Source: Euglena gracilis (Eukaryota). Taken from it: a stretch of 64,000 nt of DNA. The position numbers and the translations under genes were made by a program. The stretch's first letter is position 1. Each line of letters begins with the position of its first letter. The stretch covers positions 26,300,954 to 26,364,953 of the forward strand of contig CP154954.1 of NCBI GenBank assembly GCA_039621445.1, in the 5' to 3' direction. Below, in pieces: positions 14,301 through 27,900 of this stretch. The notes beneath the pieces were generated by a model. That model saw only the letters and a program-made list of their open reading frames with translations, ran no database searches and was not told the DNA's origin.

Positions 14301-15672
14301 GACACTACCAAAAAATGAAATAAGAGGCAATGGGCTCCAAGTTGAACACTGTTTTTCGATCCCGAAGCTCTGCCTCTGCCCCCACCCCCACCGGCACACC
14401 CTCCACCACACCCTCGGCAACCCCGACAACCACCCCATCTGCCACACCGTCCGGCACGCCGACCATCACGCCGTCGGCAACCCCGACCGCCACGCCCTCG
14501 GCCACACCGTCCGCCACGCCGACCGTCACGCCGTCGGCGACGCCCACCTCCACGCCATCCGCCACGCCATCCGCCACCCCCACGGCCACCCCTTCAGCTG
14601 CCCAGGACGGAGCCACCCTCTCCTGGCTGCCTGGTTTCTCTTTTTTTTTGCAAAACTGGAGCACGGAAACATCTCTTTAATGTTTTCCAGACCCTTTGGG
14701 GGTGCTTCTACAGATGGCGTGGTGAATAGCTGGGGCCAGAGCGATCAGGGAACACACGATTCTGTCAGTGCGATCCATGTGTGGGATTGAGCCAGAGAAT
14801 CTCTTATTCGTCATCGTTTGTGGTGGAGTTCGATGCTGATATTTCTGTATTTCTGCAATTTTCGAGTGGAAAAGAACCACATGCTCACTACCCAGAAGAA
14901 GAGGAAGGAGCAGTCGACCAGTACCCTTATCCTGATAAATTCCCAGAAAGAACTGGTTTTGGTATCCTGTCAAATCAGGAGACAGCTTTCCAGAGGGGAG
15001 GGTTGGAGAGGGGGAAAACGAAAGGAATTTTTTTTCTACAGAACCAGAAAAGTCACAAATTGGGAACTCCCGAAGCTTTGCCTCTGCCTCCACCCCTACC
15101 GGCACACCCTCCGCCACGCCCTCGGCCACTCCGACCGCCACCCCATCTGCCACACCGTCCGGCACGCCGACCATCACGCCGTCGGCAACCCCGACCGCCA
15201 CGCCCTCGGCCACACCGTCCACCACGCCCACCAGCACGCCGTCGGCGACCCCAACTGCCACGCCATCCGCCACGCCATCTGCCACGCCCACGGCCACCCC
15301 TTCAGCTGCCCAGAACAGATCCATCCTCTCCTGGTTCCTGGCACAACGACAATCTTTCGGCAGCTGGTCGCCCCCGACACTAATCATGCTTGAATGCCGT
15401 TAAGCAATGCCGCAAATGGTCCAGGGTGTCTGTACGAGATATGCAACGCCGATTCAAAGCACAGTGGTGGGGCGAACTGAATCAACCCACCAGTGGTATT
15501 GCCTACTGTATTGGCAGTGTTCAGGAGGGCTATGTACAGAAGGGAGCGCAACGTACAGATGGGTAAACCCCATGGGCAGGTTAGCAGTGTTCAGGATGGG
15601 GAGGGTTTGGAAAATATACTGAACGTTTTTGCAACACCGCAAAACACTCCCTAATATGAGTGCACAGGCACG

Positions 15673-15761
<89 letters not shown>

Positions 15762-15806
15762 ACCCACCCACCCACCCACCCACACCCAACCACACACACA
15801 CACACA

Positions 15807-15858
<52 letters not shown>

Positions 15859-15902
15859 TGCACGCACGCACACACACACACACACACACACGTACACACG
15901 TA

Positions 15903-15950
<48 letters not shown>

Positions 15951-18900
15951 CATACACACTGTTTGTATTCTGTTGCTGATCGCTGAAAATCAACTGTGAT
16001 TTCAGCGACTGAGCAGGGCAGATGTATTGTGAGGCATGGCACGAACCCAGGACCCCCCCCTGCTCCATTCTACCTCCTACCCCCCCCTGCCCCCCTCAAA
16101 CCCCCAAATAACGGGGCAGTGCCCTTTGGGTGGGCATTGCCCAAATAACGGGGCAGGGGGCAGAGCAAAAACATAGTTCCAATAGTGGGGTACTCCCAGT
16201 TTTTTTTTTGGTCCAAGAAGTTAGTGACGGCGAAAATGTTCCACAGCACTTACCTGCCGTGAGTGTTTCGCAGTAGGCTTTGGGGGAGGGACAGAAGAGA
16301 CAGATGGTGCAAGTGGAATCAGGGATGGGTCAAAATCATGTTCAAGGTCTCGGATTTCAGGTTTGCAGCGACATCAGAGGATGTGTCACTCATCACAAAA
16401 GGTCTGTGAGGGAATACCATGATGATTGGTAGAGCCCAAATAACGGGTCGGGGGGAAGGCCAAAAATATGGTGCCAGTTACAAGGCACCTCGCCCTGTTA
16501 CTCGGGGGGTTTTACCCCCTATCCCTGCCCCCCTTGCCCCCCTTGGCCCTCCAGCCCCCCCCTGTCTTTTCCCTCTTCTTCCAACTTGAGGACAGAAGGT
16601 ATTTTATTTATTTTTATTACTTTTCTTATCAATCTCGCAACGACAAAAAATGAATTAAGAGGCAATCGGCTCCAAGTTGAACACTATTTTTCGATCCCGA
16701 AGCTCTGCTTCTGCCCCCACCCCCACCGGCACACCCTCTGCCACGCCCTCGGCCACTCCGACAGCCACCCCCTCCGCCACACCGTCTGGCACCCCAACCG
16801 CCACGCCTTCTGCCACCCCAACAGCCACCCCCTCCGCCACGCCCTCCGGCACACCCACTGCCACACCATCGGCCACGCCCACCGCCACGCCCTCGGCAAC
16901 GCCGTCCGCCACTCCCACAGCCACCCCATCTGCCACACCGTCCGGCACGCCGACCGTCACGCCGTCGGCAACCCCGACCGCCACGCCCTCGGCCACACCA
17001 TCCGCAACGCCCACCAGCACGCCGTCGGCAACGCCCACCTCCACGCCATCCGCCACGCCATCTGCCACGCCCACGGCCACCCCTTCAGCTGCCCAGGACA
17101 GAGTTTCAGCTTGAGAATTGACGATGTCTGCTTTGGTCTACTTCCCCACCCCACCTCCTGCCAGTTGATGTTAGTACAAGGTTGTTTTCGGCTCACAGTT
17201 TGCCAAGTTATTTGGCCATTAACATATATAAATGAATATGATAAATATAATATATAAATATATATATATACATATTATGTGATGTAAAATATTATATTAT
17301 GTAATAAACCCCCCCCCAAAAAATAAGACCGGGGGTCCATTTCATGGGTCGGTTGCTGGAAAGCCCGAGGGGGGGTCTTATTCATGGGGGGGGTCCATTT
17401 TATGGATTTTTGCTGGAAAAAATTTTCGACCCCCAAAATGTCCAAAAATGACCCCTCAAAATACCACTTTTCGAAAAATTTGGCGCTTTGCGCCAGACAA
17501 ATAGGGTAAAATATGCTGAATTGTGTGAAAACAGTCCCAAAATAGCAGATTTACCCCCCCCAAAAAGTCCCATTTTTCAAAATTCCGGCGCTTCGCGCCG
17601 GCAGGGGAGGTCTTATTCATGGGGGGGGTCCATTTCATGGATTTTTGCTCGGACCGGCCAGGGGGGTCTTATTTTTGGGGGGGTCCATTTTATGGGGGGG
17701 GTCTTATTTTGGGGGGGGGGTTATGATATTATGTATATATTGTATAATTGTAATATTATATTATGTTTAATATTATATTCTGTAAAATATTATATAATGT
17801 AATAATATAAATAAATAAATTGGCAGTCCACAGCTTTAAACGGTTGCAAACCAAAATACGCCCTGGCGTTGTAATTAAATTGTGCTGCAGTTTGAGTTGA
17901 GCATGAGTCCACCAATGGGGGAACAGAATTCTCTTCACAGTACGAAGCAGCAGAAGCAGCAGCAGCAGCAGCAGCAGCAGTCGCAGCAGAAAATAAAACA
18001 CAGCACCAGCAGAAGAAGACAGCCTGCATAAATGTAAACATCCACATATGCTGGGTTCAATGAAGATGAATATATGCAAACATGAGTAAGCAAAACAACC
18101 TTGGGGAAAGGTTGTTCAGCGGAGAGCTCGCCGTCTCCTGGCAAATGTCAGAGAAATCTGGTGTTTGGGGGAGCTGCCATTTTTGCGATTTTGGCACCCC
18201 CGCCTGTATTGTAAAATAAACCCGTCAACGGCATTAAATTCCACAAAATTGGTTTGTGTGAGATTTTCATCAGAGACGTAAATAGGGGAGACAGAAGGGG
18301 TCCCTTGTGTCCAGCAGCAGGCTAAGAGCAAGGTGCTTTAAGCAGTTTTGTGTGTTTTTCTCCCTTTGAAATAAGCCACATTTTGGCCTCATGTTTCTAT
18401 TTTATTTATTTGCCTGCTAATAGGAAATGTAAATTTATGGGAATTTAAATTCCTATTTATTTATTACCATTTAATTTATGGGAAACGGAAGTTATGGGAA
18501 TTATAAATTCCTATTAATTAAAAATTTGTTCACTTATTGAACGCAAATCAGCCCCCCCCCCCCCACTGCTCCAACATTGTTATGATCAGTTTATCCATCG
18601 CCGACTCTGCTTCTGCCCCCACCCCAACCCCGACGCCGTCCGCCACACCGTCCGCCACGCCCACGGCCACCCCCTCGGCAACACCCACCGCCACACCCTC
18701 AGCTACGCCGTCCGCCACCCCCACCGCCACGCCCTCGGCCACACCGTCCGCCACGCCCACCGCTACACCGTCCGCCACCCCCACGGCCACACCTTCGGCC
18801 ACGCCGTCCGCCACGCCCAGCGCCACGCCGTCCGCGACGCCCAGTCCCACCCCGACCGCCACTCCCTCCGCGACCCCCACGGCCACGCCGTCCGCCACGC

Positions 18901-21900
18901 CTTCCGCCACGCCCTCGGCCACGCCATCCGCCACCCCAACCCCCACGCCCACCGCCACGCCCTCCTCCACCCCCACCGCAACCCCATCAGCAACGCCGTC
19001 TGCCACTCCCTCTGCCACGCCTTCAGCCACGCCAACGGTCACTCCCTCCGCCGCGCAGGGGTGGCTTGTTCTTTTGAAGCGCGAAGTGCTGGCTTGTGGT
19101 TGCTCACCGACCACCCCCAAATGAAAGCCGCAGCAGGCATTATTCTTCAGACCTGGTTTTTGGTCAGGTCTGGTTTTTGTTGTTTTTTTTTGGACCGACC
19201 TCACCCCCCTCCTCCAAGAGACACTGTGGTGTTGGCAAATAACAGCAGTTTTATGCAGTTTCGGTGCTATTTGGACAAGATTTTTTGTCGAATTGTTCAC
19301 TTTGAGAAATGGCATTTTGTTGTGGATTTGATGAACAGAATCAGATCCTGCCCCAAAGCAATTTCAAACGTTTTGGAAGAGCTTTTCTGGGGAAAAAGAC
19401 AATGTTTCCAAAAATGTGGCGTTGGGTGCGTTGGGTGTAGGTTTAGGGCATTTCTTCAGCCAGACCCACAAACCTACCCCTGGGCGGGAGTCCAGACAGC
19501 CGGCACGTTTCCCATCCTGCAGCCCGGCTGGGCTGTGGACCCCCCTGGAGGGGGGTCGAGTGGGAGAAAAGTTATTGCAGCCCGGCAAAGCTGGACGTCA
19601 AATATGGCCAGAACGGCCATTTCTGAGCATTTTTGAGGTTTTTTTGGGGGGGGTTTCACCCCCAAATTTTGGCTGAAAAATTCAACCCAACTGGATTTGG
19701 GCCTTTTGTTTTTGGGTGCGTGCCGGGTCCAGCCTGGGGACCCCCCCCCCAGACCCCTCCCACGTCCTGGGGGTGGATCCAGCCAGCACCTTTTTTCTCT
19801 ACGCACACCTTTTTCCAGCCAGCCGGTTGATCCCCCTTTGGGGGTCCTTTTGAAATTCCCTGGTTCGGAACTGTTTTGTTGACACACCGTGTTGTCAACA
19901 CCCCCATGCCACGTCCCATTCAGGAACGTTGGGCGGGTGAGTTACCAAGGTTTGTATTTTGTTTTACTCTTCTACAATTTTGTTCTCCCATTCTGTTGGC
20001 CCCAAACAATAATTCTCTGCCCCTTCAGAACCCACATTATCTTATGCTCATATTTGGCAAAAAAGCATCAAGACCTAGCGAAAAAATGTCATTGTGGTAT
20101 CTAACATAGCCCCTTGGCAAGTTTACAGCTTTCAGTGATGAGGGGAGTATTTCGAAGATGCACCTGTTTTGCCTCAAATCATATTTTGAGGACACCTTAT
20201 GCATATAAAGGAGGAATAAAAACACTAAAAGGGAAACTGTGCAAACACACCATAACAAACCGTCGGGTGTTTCAATTCATACTGCCACTCGGTCATAGGG
20301 TTAATGGAAGAGCAGCACTTTCCCCCATTCAAGTTCCTCATGTGGCATTCAAGATTTTTCACCTCTGTCTCCACCCCATCCGCCACACCCTCAGCTACCC
20401 CGTCTGCCACCCCCACCGCCACGCCCTCGGCCACACCGTCCGCCACGCCCACCGCCACCCCATCCGCCACCCCCACGGCCACACCTTCGGCCACGCCGTC
20501 CGCCACGCCCAGCGCCACGCCGTCCGCGACGCCCAGTCCCACCCCGACCGCCACTCCCTCCGCGACCCCCACGGCCACGCCGTCCGCCACACCTTCCGCC
20601 ACGCCCTCGGCCACGCCATCCGCCACCCCAAAAAGGTACCTATTAATAAAAGCAAATCACCATTGCGCTATCAGATTCAGAATGCATGGATACATATGGT
20701 TTTTGTTTGTGTCCCCCTTTTCCCTGGTGGCAAGCTTCGCTCTTACCCATAAAGGGATAAGAGCTCAGCGACCCCTCCACACCCTCCCATATTATGCCCA
20801 GGGCAGAACGGGAATCGGCCGAACAGCCAGGGTGGTGGGTGGGGTGGGGGGTCGACCACCCTCCCACCCCTGCATGGTGGGTGGGGTGTCGACCCACCCC
20901 CCACCTCTTCCCAAAAGAATGCACCCGGTGCCTTCGGTGCCGGGTGCATTTTGGACCCATTTTGGGACCCATGTGGGTGGTCCTCCCAAAACCCCCAAAC
21001 CCCCATTTTTTCACACCTTCCAAAATTTCACATTTTCTCGAAAGTTTGGTTTTTGAAGCAAGAAATGCTGTTGAAAGTCCAAAAAGTTCCAAGAGAAAAA
21101 CGTCAGTAAAATTTGACTGTGCCAAAATTGGGTCCAATTTTTTTGGCGTTTGTTTTTTTCACCCCCTCCTAAAAAGGACCAATTTTTAAACCTGAATTTT
21201 TTTTGATTCTTTGCGAAAAAAACGTGGTTTTCATCAAAAAATCATGTAATTTGGGTTCATTTTTTCAGGAAAAAAATTCAAAAAATTTCCCCGACCAAAA
21301 TCCCCGTTTTCCTAAAAATGGTGAAAATGCCGTGGTGGGTTGGGGGGTCGACCTACCCCAGGTGAAGGGGGTGGACGGGTGCGAACCACAGCCCCCCCCC
21401 CCCCGCTGGGTCTTAAAAAAACCGCCGTTGTGATAAATCTGCCCAAACAATTCTAAAAGGCATAACCCCTCCTGTCTTATGTCTTTTGTCATGCCAAAAT
21501 AAAATTTAGGATGTTACCGAGGATGTTTATTCTTGGAGATTTCTGCACGCTTTTTTTGAGTGTACAAATTGTGTTCAAAACCATTTAGCCCTAAACTGAG
21601 GCCGTGTAAATTGCCCCAACAATGGTGAATGTTTAAGCGGAAAAGGAAGCGGAAACAAAAAATTTTAGACAGCGATGACACGTTTCCTGCTTCATTTATT
21701 CAAATTTTTGTGGTTTTCTTTGCTAATTTCGACTTTTGGTCAAAGTATTGGGGCCCCTTTTTGCTCACCTTGGCGTCTGAAAGAAGTCAGTCACTCTAAG
21801 CCAGTCCTCCGACAGAAACAGTCCAAAAACGCTCCCAGTTCTGCTTCATTTCGAGGCGTCTGGAGGGCCTTGAGACCTTAAAAGAAGGGGAAGCGGATAT

Positions 21901-24900
21901 CTTCAAAATTGCTTCTTTTTTGGGACGCCGACGAGTGGATAGGAGGGATCGGCGGAGGTAAGGAGAGCACGCACAGCCACCCCCCCCCCGAATTTTCCAA
22001 ATAGCCACGAGGAAGCGGAAATTCGCTTCCTCGTGACCATTCCAATTTAATAGTTGTTCCGTGTGAGGGCAGGAAACACCTCATACCGTTGCATATGCCC
22101 ACTTGAAAACCTGGGCTGTGCAAAATGGACGCTCACTGGCGGTGGGGATGCCAACAAGCGGTGCCGGCACCGCTGGGGCACCGCTTGGCACCGCTGGGGC
22201 ACCGCTGGGGCACCGCTGGGGCACCGCTTGACACTGCTGGCACCGCTTGACACCGCTGGGGCACCGCTTGGCACCACTGGGACAGGAACCCATGGAATAA
22301 TACTGAGGGAAAAAAAAACGGGGATATCCCATAAGAAAGCATGAAAGCATCTCGTTGTGACATAAACATTTGTGGCCATCAAAAAAACCTGTATAAAACA
22401 AAAGGCACATGGAAAAATTTTTGCAAGGGTTCCCCCTAAAAAAAGAAAGCCTTCTGTCCCAGCGGTGTCAAGCGGTGCCAGCGGTGTCGGCACCGCTTTT
22501 TAGGCATCCCCGGTGAGAGGTCACCCGCTGTGTTTGTGCTGTGACGGAAGCAAAGAATTGCTGCCCCCCCCAAAGATAAAGAGAGAGCGGAAGCTGAAGC
22601 CAAAACTGAGGAAGAAAGGCACTGGAGTCTAATTGAGGGAGGACCAGTCACACTTCGACTCATGGCTCAAAGTGGGACCCCAATCATTTCAGACTCTGCC
22701 ATCGATTTCTTGACCAAAAATCTCACCCGGAGAAATGGTGGAGTCGGAATTGGGGGGGGGTTAATCCGGCCCAGTTTGGACCCTTCACGGATGAGTAAAC
22801 CCCACCCCCACTTAAAACTCCCTACTTATACCCCCCTCGGGCCGACCAACCAAACCGGATCCTATAAACCCCGGGGGGTTTATAAGTAGGGGGGGTTTAA
22901 CTCGGGCCTGTGGGCAGTTGGGGGTTAACCAGAGGTGATTCGGAAAATATAAATCCAGTCGCTCGCAACTGCAAAAGAAATTCTTGGAACGGGCTCATGG
23001 TGATAGTCCGCTGGTTCCCCTACCTACCCGGCGGGGGGAGGGCGGGGGGGTTCAACCCCCCTTTTCCCCAGTGGCCCAAAGTGACCCAAAATGCATGGGT
23101 TTCGAGCCAAAAACTGGGGGGGGGGGGGCGAAAAACGCTCATACTCGGCTCAAAAACAGTTTTTATGGATCTACGAGGCTCAAAAAAGATGGCATTTGGG
23201 ATTTTTTTTGACTTCTTTGACCTAATTCAGCGGGGAGTTACACAGAAAACAAAATGTGGTTAGGTTGGGCTTTTAAAAGGCTTTAATTTAGGACTTTTCC
23301 TTTGATTTTGCTTCATTTTCGAGATATCTGGAAAAAAAACTGATTTTTTTTGTCCCGAAAACGGCTAAGTTTGAAACAAGCCGAAACTGTGCAAAATGGC
23401 CAAATTTGGTCCAAAAAAATGGCCATAACTCGGGCTACACGAAGAGTTGGGGATAAAGTACACCATTTTTGGATAGGGTATTCCAAGGGCTTCATTTTTG
23501 CTCTGCGGACATTTTCTTTTATTTTGCTTCATTTTCGAGTTATTTTGAGAATATTGTCCCCCCCCAAACATCCCGAAATGGCCGTTTTGGACCACAAAAG
23601 CGTGCCAGAACACAGGCCAGGCGTGTTGGTAACAAAAATGACGTTTGGGGGGTGATGGAGGACCTTCATTTGGTCTGACAGACACTTCCGGAATAATGTT
23701 CGTTTTCTCAAGATTTTGTAAAAATCGATTATTTTTTTAATACCAAAAATCTCACCCCGGAGAGATATTTCAGAGTCTGAACTGGGGGGGGGGGGGTGGC
23801 TAATCCTGACCAGTTTGGACCCTTCGCGAGTGAGTAACTTGGGCCTGGCGGGCAGTTGGGGGTTAACCAGAGGTGGGTTGGAAACTCGGGATCTAGTTAC
23901 TCGCGACTGCAAAAAAAAATAACTCCGTGAACGGGGCCAGGGTCATGGTGATAGTCCGCTGGTTCCCCTACCTACCCAGCAGGGGGAGGGCGGGCTCCAA
24001 CTCCCGGGTGGGGGGGGTTCAACCCCCCCCACCAGGCCTTCCCGTTCTGCCCTGCCCATACCCCATCCCCCCCATACCCCCGTACCCTGCCCCATGCGGC
24101 TGCACATCCGCGTGGCAGTTGATGTTTTTTCTGATGCATCATTTCCTGGGCAAATCACACGACATATTGAACTGTCGGAGTGCTCGGGGGGGGGGGGGCA
24201 AGAAGAATAAACCTCAACTGTGTACCGACTTATTGTGTGGGCAGATCGCGCGATTTATGAAACCGTTCCCCAAATGAGCCCCAGAGTATTGCAACACATA
24301 TCCAAATAACACGTCAGTGTTCACTGCCGTTGTGGGATAACTGCAAGGAGCCATTGGAAAGTGCATCACGGATCCCCCCTTTTTCAGCCAACCTCATCAA
24401 CAACATCCCCATACCCTTCCCCCCACCCAAACCCCCACACACCTTCCATACCCGAGGTATGAAGGCCCCACTTTATGTGATATGTGCAAAACTCAGTTGG
24501 GCAATTTAACAGCAAATCTAAAATCAAAGTGGGCCAACTTGCCCAACATGGCCCAACATGGTGGCCCATCGCGATTGGGTACCTGGCCCCAACAGCCACC
24601 CCCTCCGCCACACCCTCCGGCACGCCAACCGCTACACCATCGGCCACGCCCACCGCCACGCCGTCGGCCACGCCGTCCGCCACTCCGACAGCCACCCCTT
24701 CCGCCACACCGTCCAGCACACCCTCCGCCACGCCGTCGGCAACCCCGACCGCCACGCCCTCGGCCACACCGTCCGCCACGCCCACCAGCACGCCGTCGGC
24801 GACGCCCACCGCCACGCCATCCGCCACGCCATCCGCCACGCCCACGGCCACTCCTTCAGCTGCCCAGGACAGAGCCCCCCCCTCCTGGTTCCTGGCACAA

Positions 24901-27900
24901 GGGCAGCTTTTGGTACCTGGCCTCCCCGACCAGCAATCATGCTTGAGCACCATTAAACACCACTGAATATTTCCCAACTCAAATGCGCAGGCACCCACAC
25001 ACACACAACCAGTGGAAATTTGTTCGTTTTCAGTTGTTGATTGTCGCTGAAAATGAACACCGATTTCATTTTCAGTTGTGTTCAATGATTAAACACAACA
25101 GATCTATTGTCGTCAGTTTCTTTTTCCGTTTTTTCGGAGCGTCGCCCACCTCAAACCATGCCAGACGGGGCTTTTTCATTTCATCTGCCTGTCATCTGTC
25201 GTCATTCTTTCTGGCTTTCCTGCTTTTAGCAAGCAATCCTGGAATTCCAAATTGATGACTCACTTTTTTTTGCCCCGTCTCACTGTTGCCCCAGTGAAGT
25301 TGCCCCAGAGTCTGGTGAGGCATTTTGAACCTTTGCTTCAGCATGTCAGACTGCGGTGCTCAATTTCATTTTTTTTTGATCCGCACTGCCCCAGGTTTGG
25401 TGAAATTGGGCCCGTGGTTTTGGTGGTCAAGCACAGGGTTGTAAAGAAGGGGAATCAAATCTTGTGAGAAATGGTGCCATCTTTTACCTCTCCTTCCAGA
25501 AGTTTAGTGCAGAAGGGATTATTTTCCTCAAAATCTCCACATCAAAAAGTGAATTAAGAGATGATTGGCTCAGAGCTCAACACTACTCTCAACGCTTTTT
25601 TCTCAGTATGCTCTTCTCATTTAGATTATGTTCAACGCTACTTTTCGATCCCAAAGCTCTGCTTCTGACCCCACCCCCACCGGCACACCCTCTGCCACGC
25701 CCTCGGCAACCCCGACAGGCACCCCATCCGCCACACCATCTGGCACCCCAACCGCCACGCCTTCCGCCACCCCAACAGCCACTCCCTCCGCCACACCCTC
25801 CGGCACGCCAACCGCCACACCTTCGGCCACGCCCTCGGCCACGCCATCGGCCACGCCGTCCGCCACCCCCACAGCCACCCCATCTGCCACACCGTCCAGC
25901 ACACCCTCCGCCACGCCGTCGGCAACCCCGACCGCCACGCCCTCGGCCACACCGTCCGCCACGCCCACCAGCACGCCGTCGGCGACGCCCACCGCCACAC
26001 CATCCGCCACGCCATCCGCCACGCCCACGGCCACCCCTTCAGCCAGCCAGGTTGAAAGCCATCAATGTCATTTTTCTGCTTTTGCAAATATTTTGAAGAA
26101 TTTGTTCACATTTAAGTCACAGTCATAAGTTTCGTTTTCTGCAGCATAAACTTCATCTGGAAAGATGTGCTGGTTGTTGTTGTGCAGAACTTTGTACGAA
26201 AATTTCAGGTTGATCCCCTGTCTATGACAGAGCCCACCCATCTCCGATGCAAACGATTCTGCCTCTAGATCCCCATTTCTTGTGGCCTCTTCTTCACTGA
26301 CCACCCCATTCCTGCCGATCACCCCCGTTTTGTATGAACATATGAATCTGCTGGTTGGTATGAATTGACTAGGAGACCAGTTTCTGATGATAAGAGGCAA
26401 TTGTCGGTAAATAGAGGCAAAGTTTTTATGGAATGAAAAATATGACTGCCAACAGGGGCAGAGCGAGGTTGTTTGCAATTGGTTTATCCCGTCCACACTT
26501 CTGCTTAAGGGTTCGCATTCCCCAGGGGCTATTGCAGCCGTCCAAATTGGCAAGTGGAAATCACCTAGTGGACCTCCTGGGTGGTGATCTGCTAGCATGC
26601 TAGCAGGGCTAGCTGGTGGAAATTTTTCCCAGTGGCCTGTGCAAAGCTTTTTGGACCCCCAACACCCCAAAAAAATGTGTTTTGGCGGTTTGGTGAAACA
26701 GCAAAACAACAAACATTTTGGTGGAACAAAATCAGCCCAAAAGCATTAAAAACCTCATTTTCACCTCGGTGCACAGCACCAGATGAAAAAAGTTTTTCCT
26801 GTTGAGGACTCCCAGACCCCCCCCCCCTGGGGTCCCCCCCCCTGGGGTCTAGCCAGTGGCTTCTTCTAGTTGCTGTTAAAGTGGCCAAGTAGTGGACCCC
26901 TCCCCTGGATCCTAAAACAAAAGCCTGCTCCCATCTATTTACTTCAAAGGTATGCCAGTTGTAACGTGTCTGATGCAAAATGCGTAAAATTATATCAGCA
27001 AGAATATTTATAAGTATATTTTGTTGATATATGCAGTTGCATTTCATCCCCTCCCCAAAGCTGGTTTAAACTGACTGGGCTGGGAAATAAGCGTGGAGAC
27101 ATTGCAAAGGCAAGCCAACGAAAGGGAGCAAAAGGGAGAAACCCAGAATCTATCCTGCATTTGGCAAATGGCATTTAGCCAGTGGTTGGCACATATGTCT
27201 GTTGTTGGTTCTGCCCCGGGACTTTCGCTGCTGGTTTTCAGGGTCAAGGGACATTTTGGTATGCCACCGTTGCTTGTGTCTGGAGCTTCTCTCCTGCAAC
27301 CACCCCCACCACCACTCCCTCGGCAACCCCCTCCAGCACGCCGACGGCCACCCCGTCAGCAACGCCCTCCCCGACGCCCACCAGCACGCCGTCGGCAACG
27401 CCCACGACCACACCGTCCGCCACGCCCTCTGGAACGCCCACGGCAACCCCTTCAGCCACCCAGGGCAGAGCCAGTCTGCCTGTCCCTCTTTCATATTCTG
27501 TGTGGCATCCATCGCGCCCAGGCTTCTTTTTAAGTCAGAAGACCCCCCCGGGGGTGGGTGGGTGGGTCCGGGCCGGACCCCCATGGGGGGGGGGGTCCCA
27601 CGCAGGAGGCGCCAGGTATACCTTTTCGGCGCGAAGTGCGAAAATTTTTGAAAATTGCCTTTAACGGGCCCGATTTTGGGGTCCCCCCCCCCGGGTCCCG
27701 CGCCACCCTGGGTGGGTGGGGGGGACCCCCCTCCGGGGGTCTTAAAAAGAAGCCTGATCGCGCCTGCCTCAAGATTCGTCTTTTTGGCAAGGTCGATGAG
27801 CAAGGTAATGCAAGAGAAATGAAGTTTTGTAAAAAAAAGCAACTTTGAAAGTGTGTGGGCAAGTGATAGGCTGCTGCAGGTAAGGTTGTGTAAAAACCGC

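Noticed and set aside
15454-16068. CVCV/HTHT, IYIY, YHIIS and poly-K/F ORFs here and elsewhere
   Set aside because: They are translations of microsatellites and homopolymer tracts.
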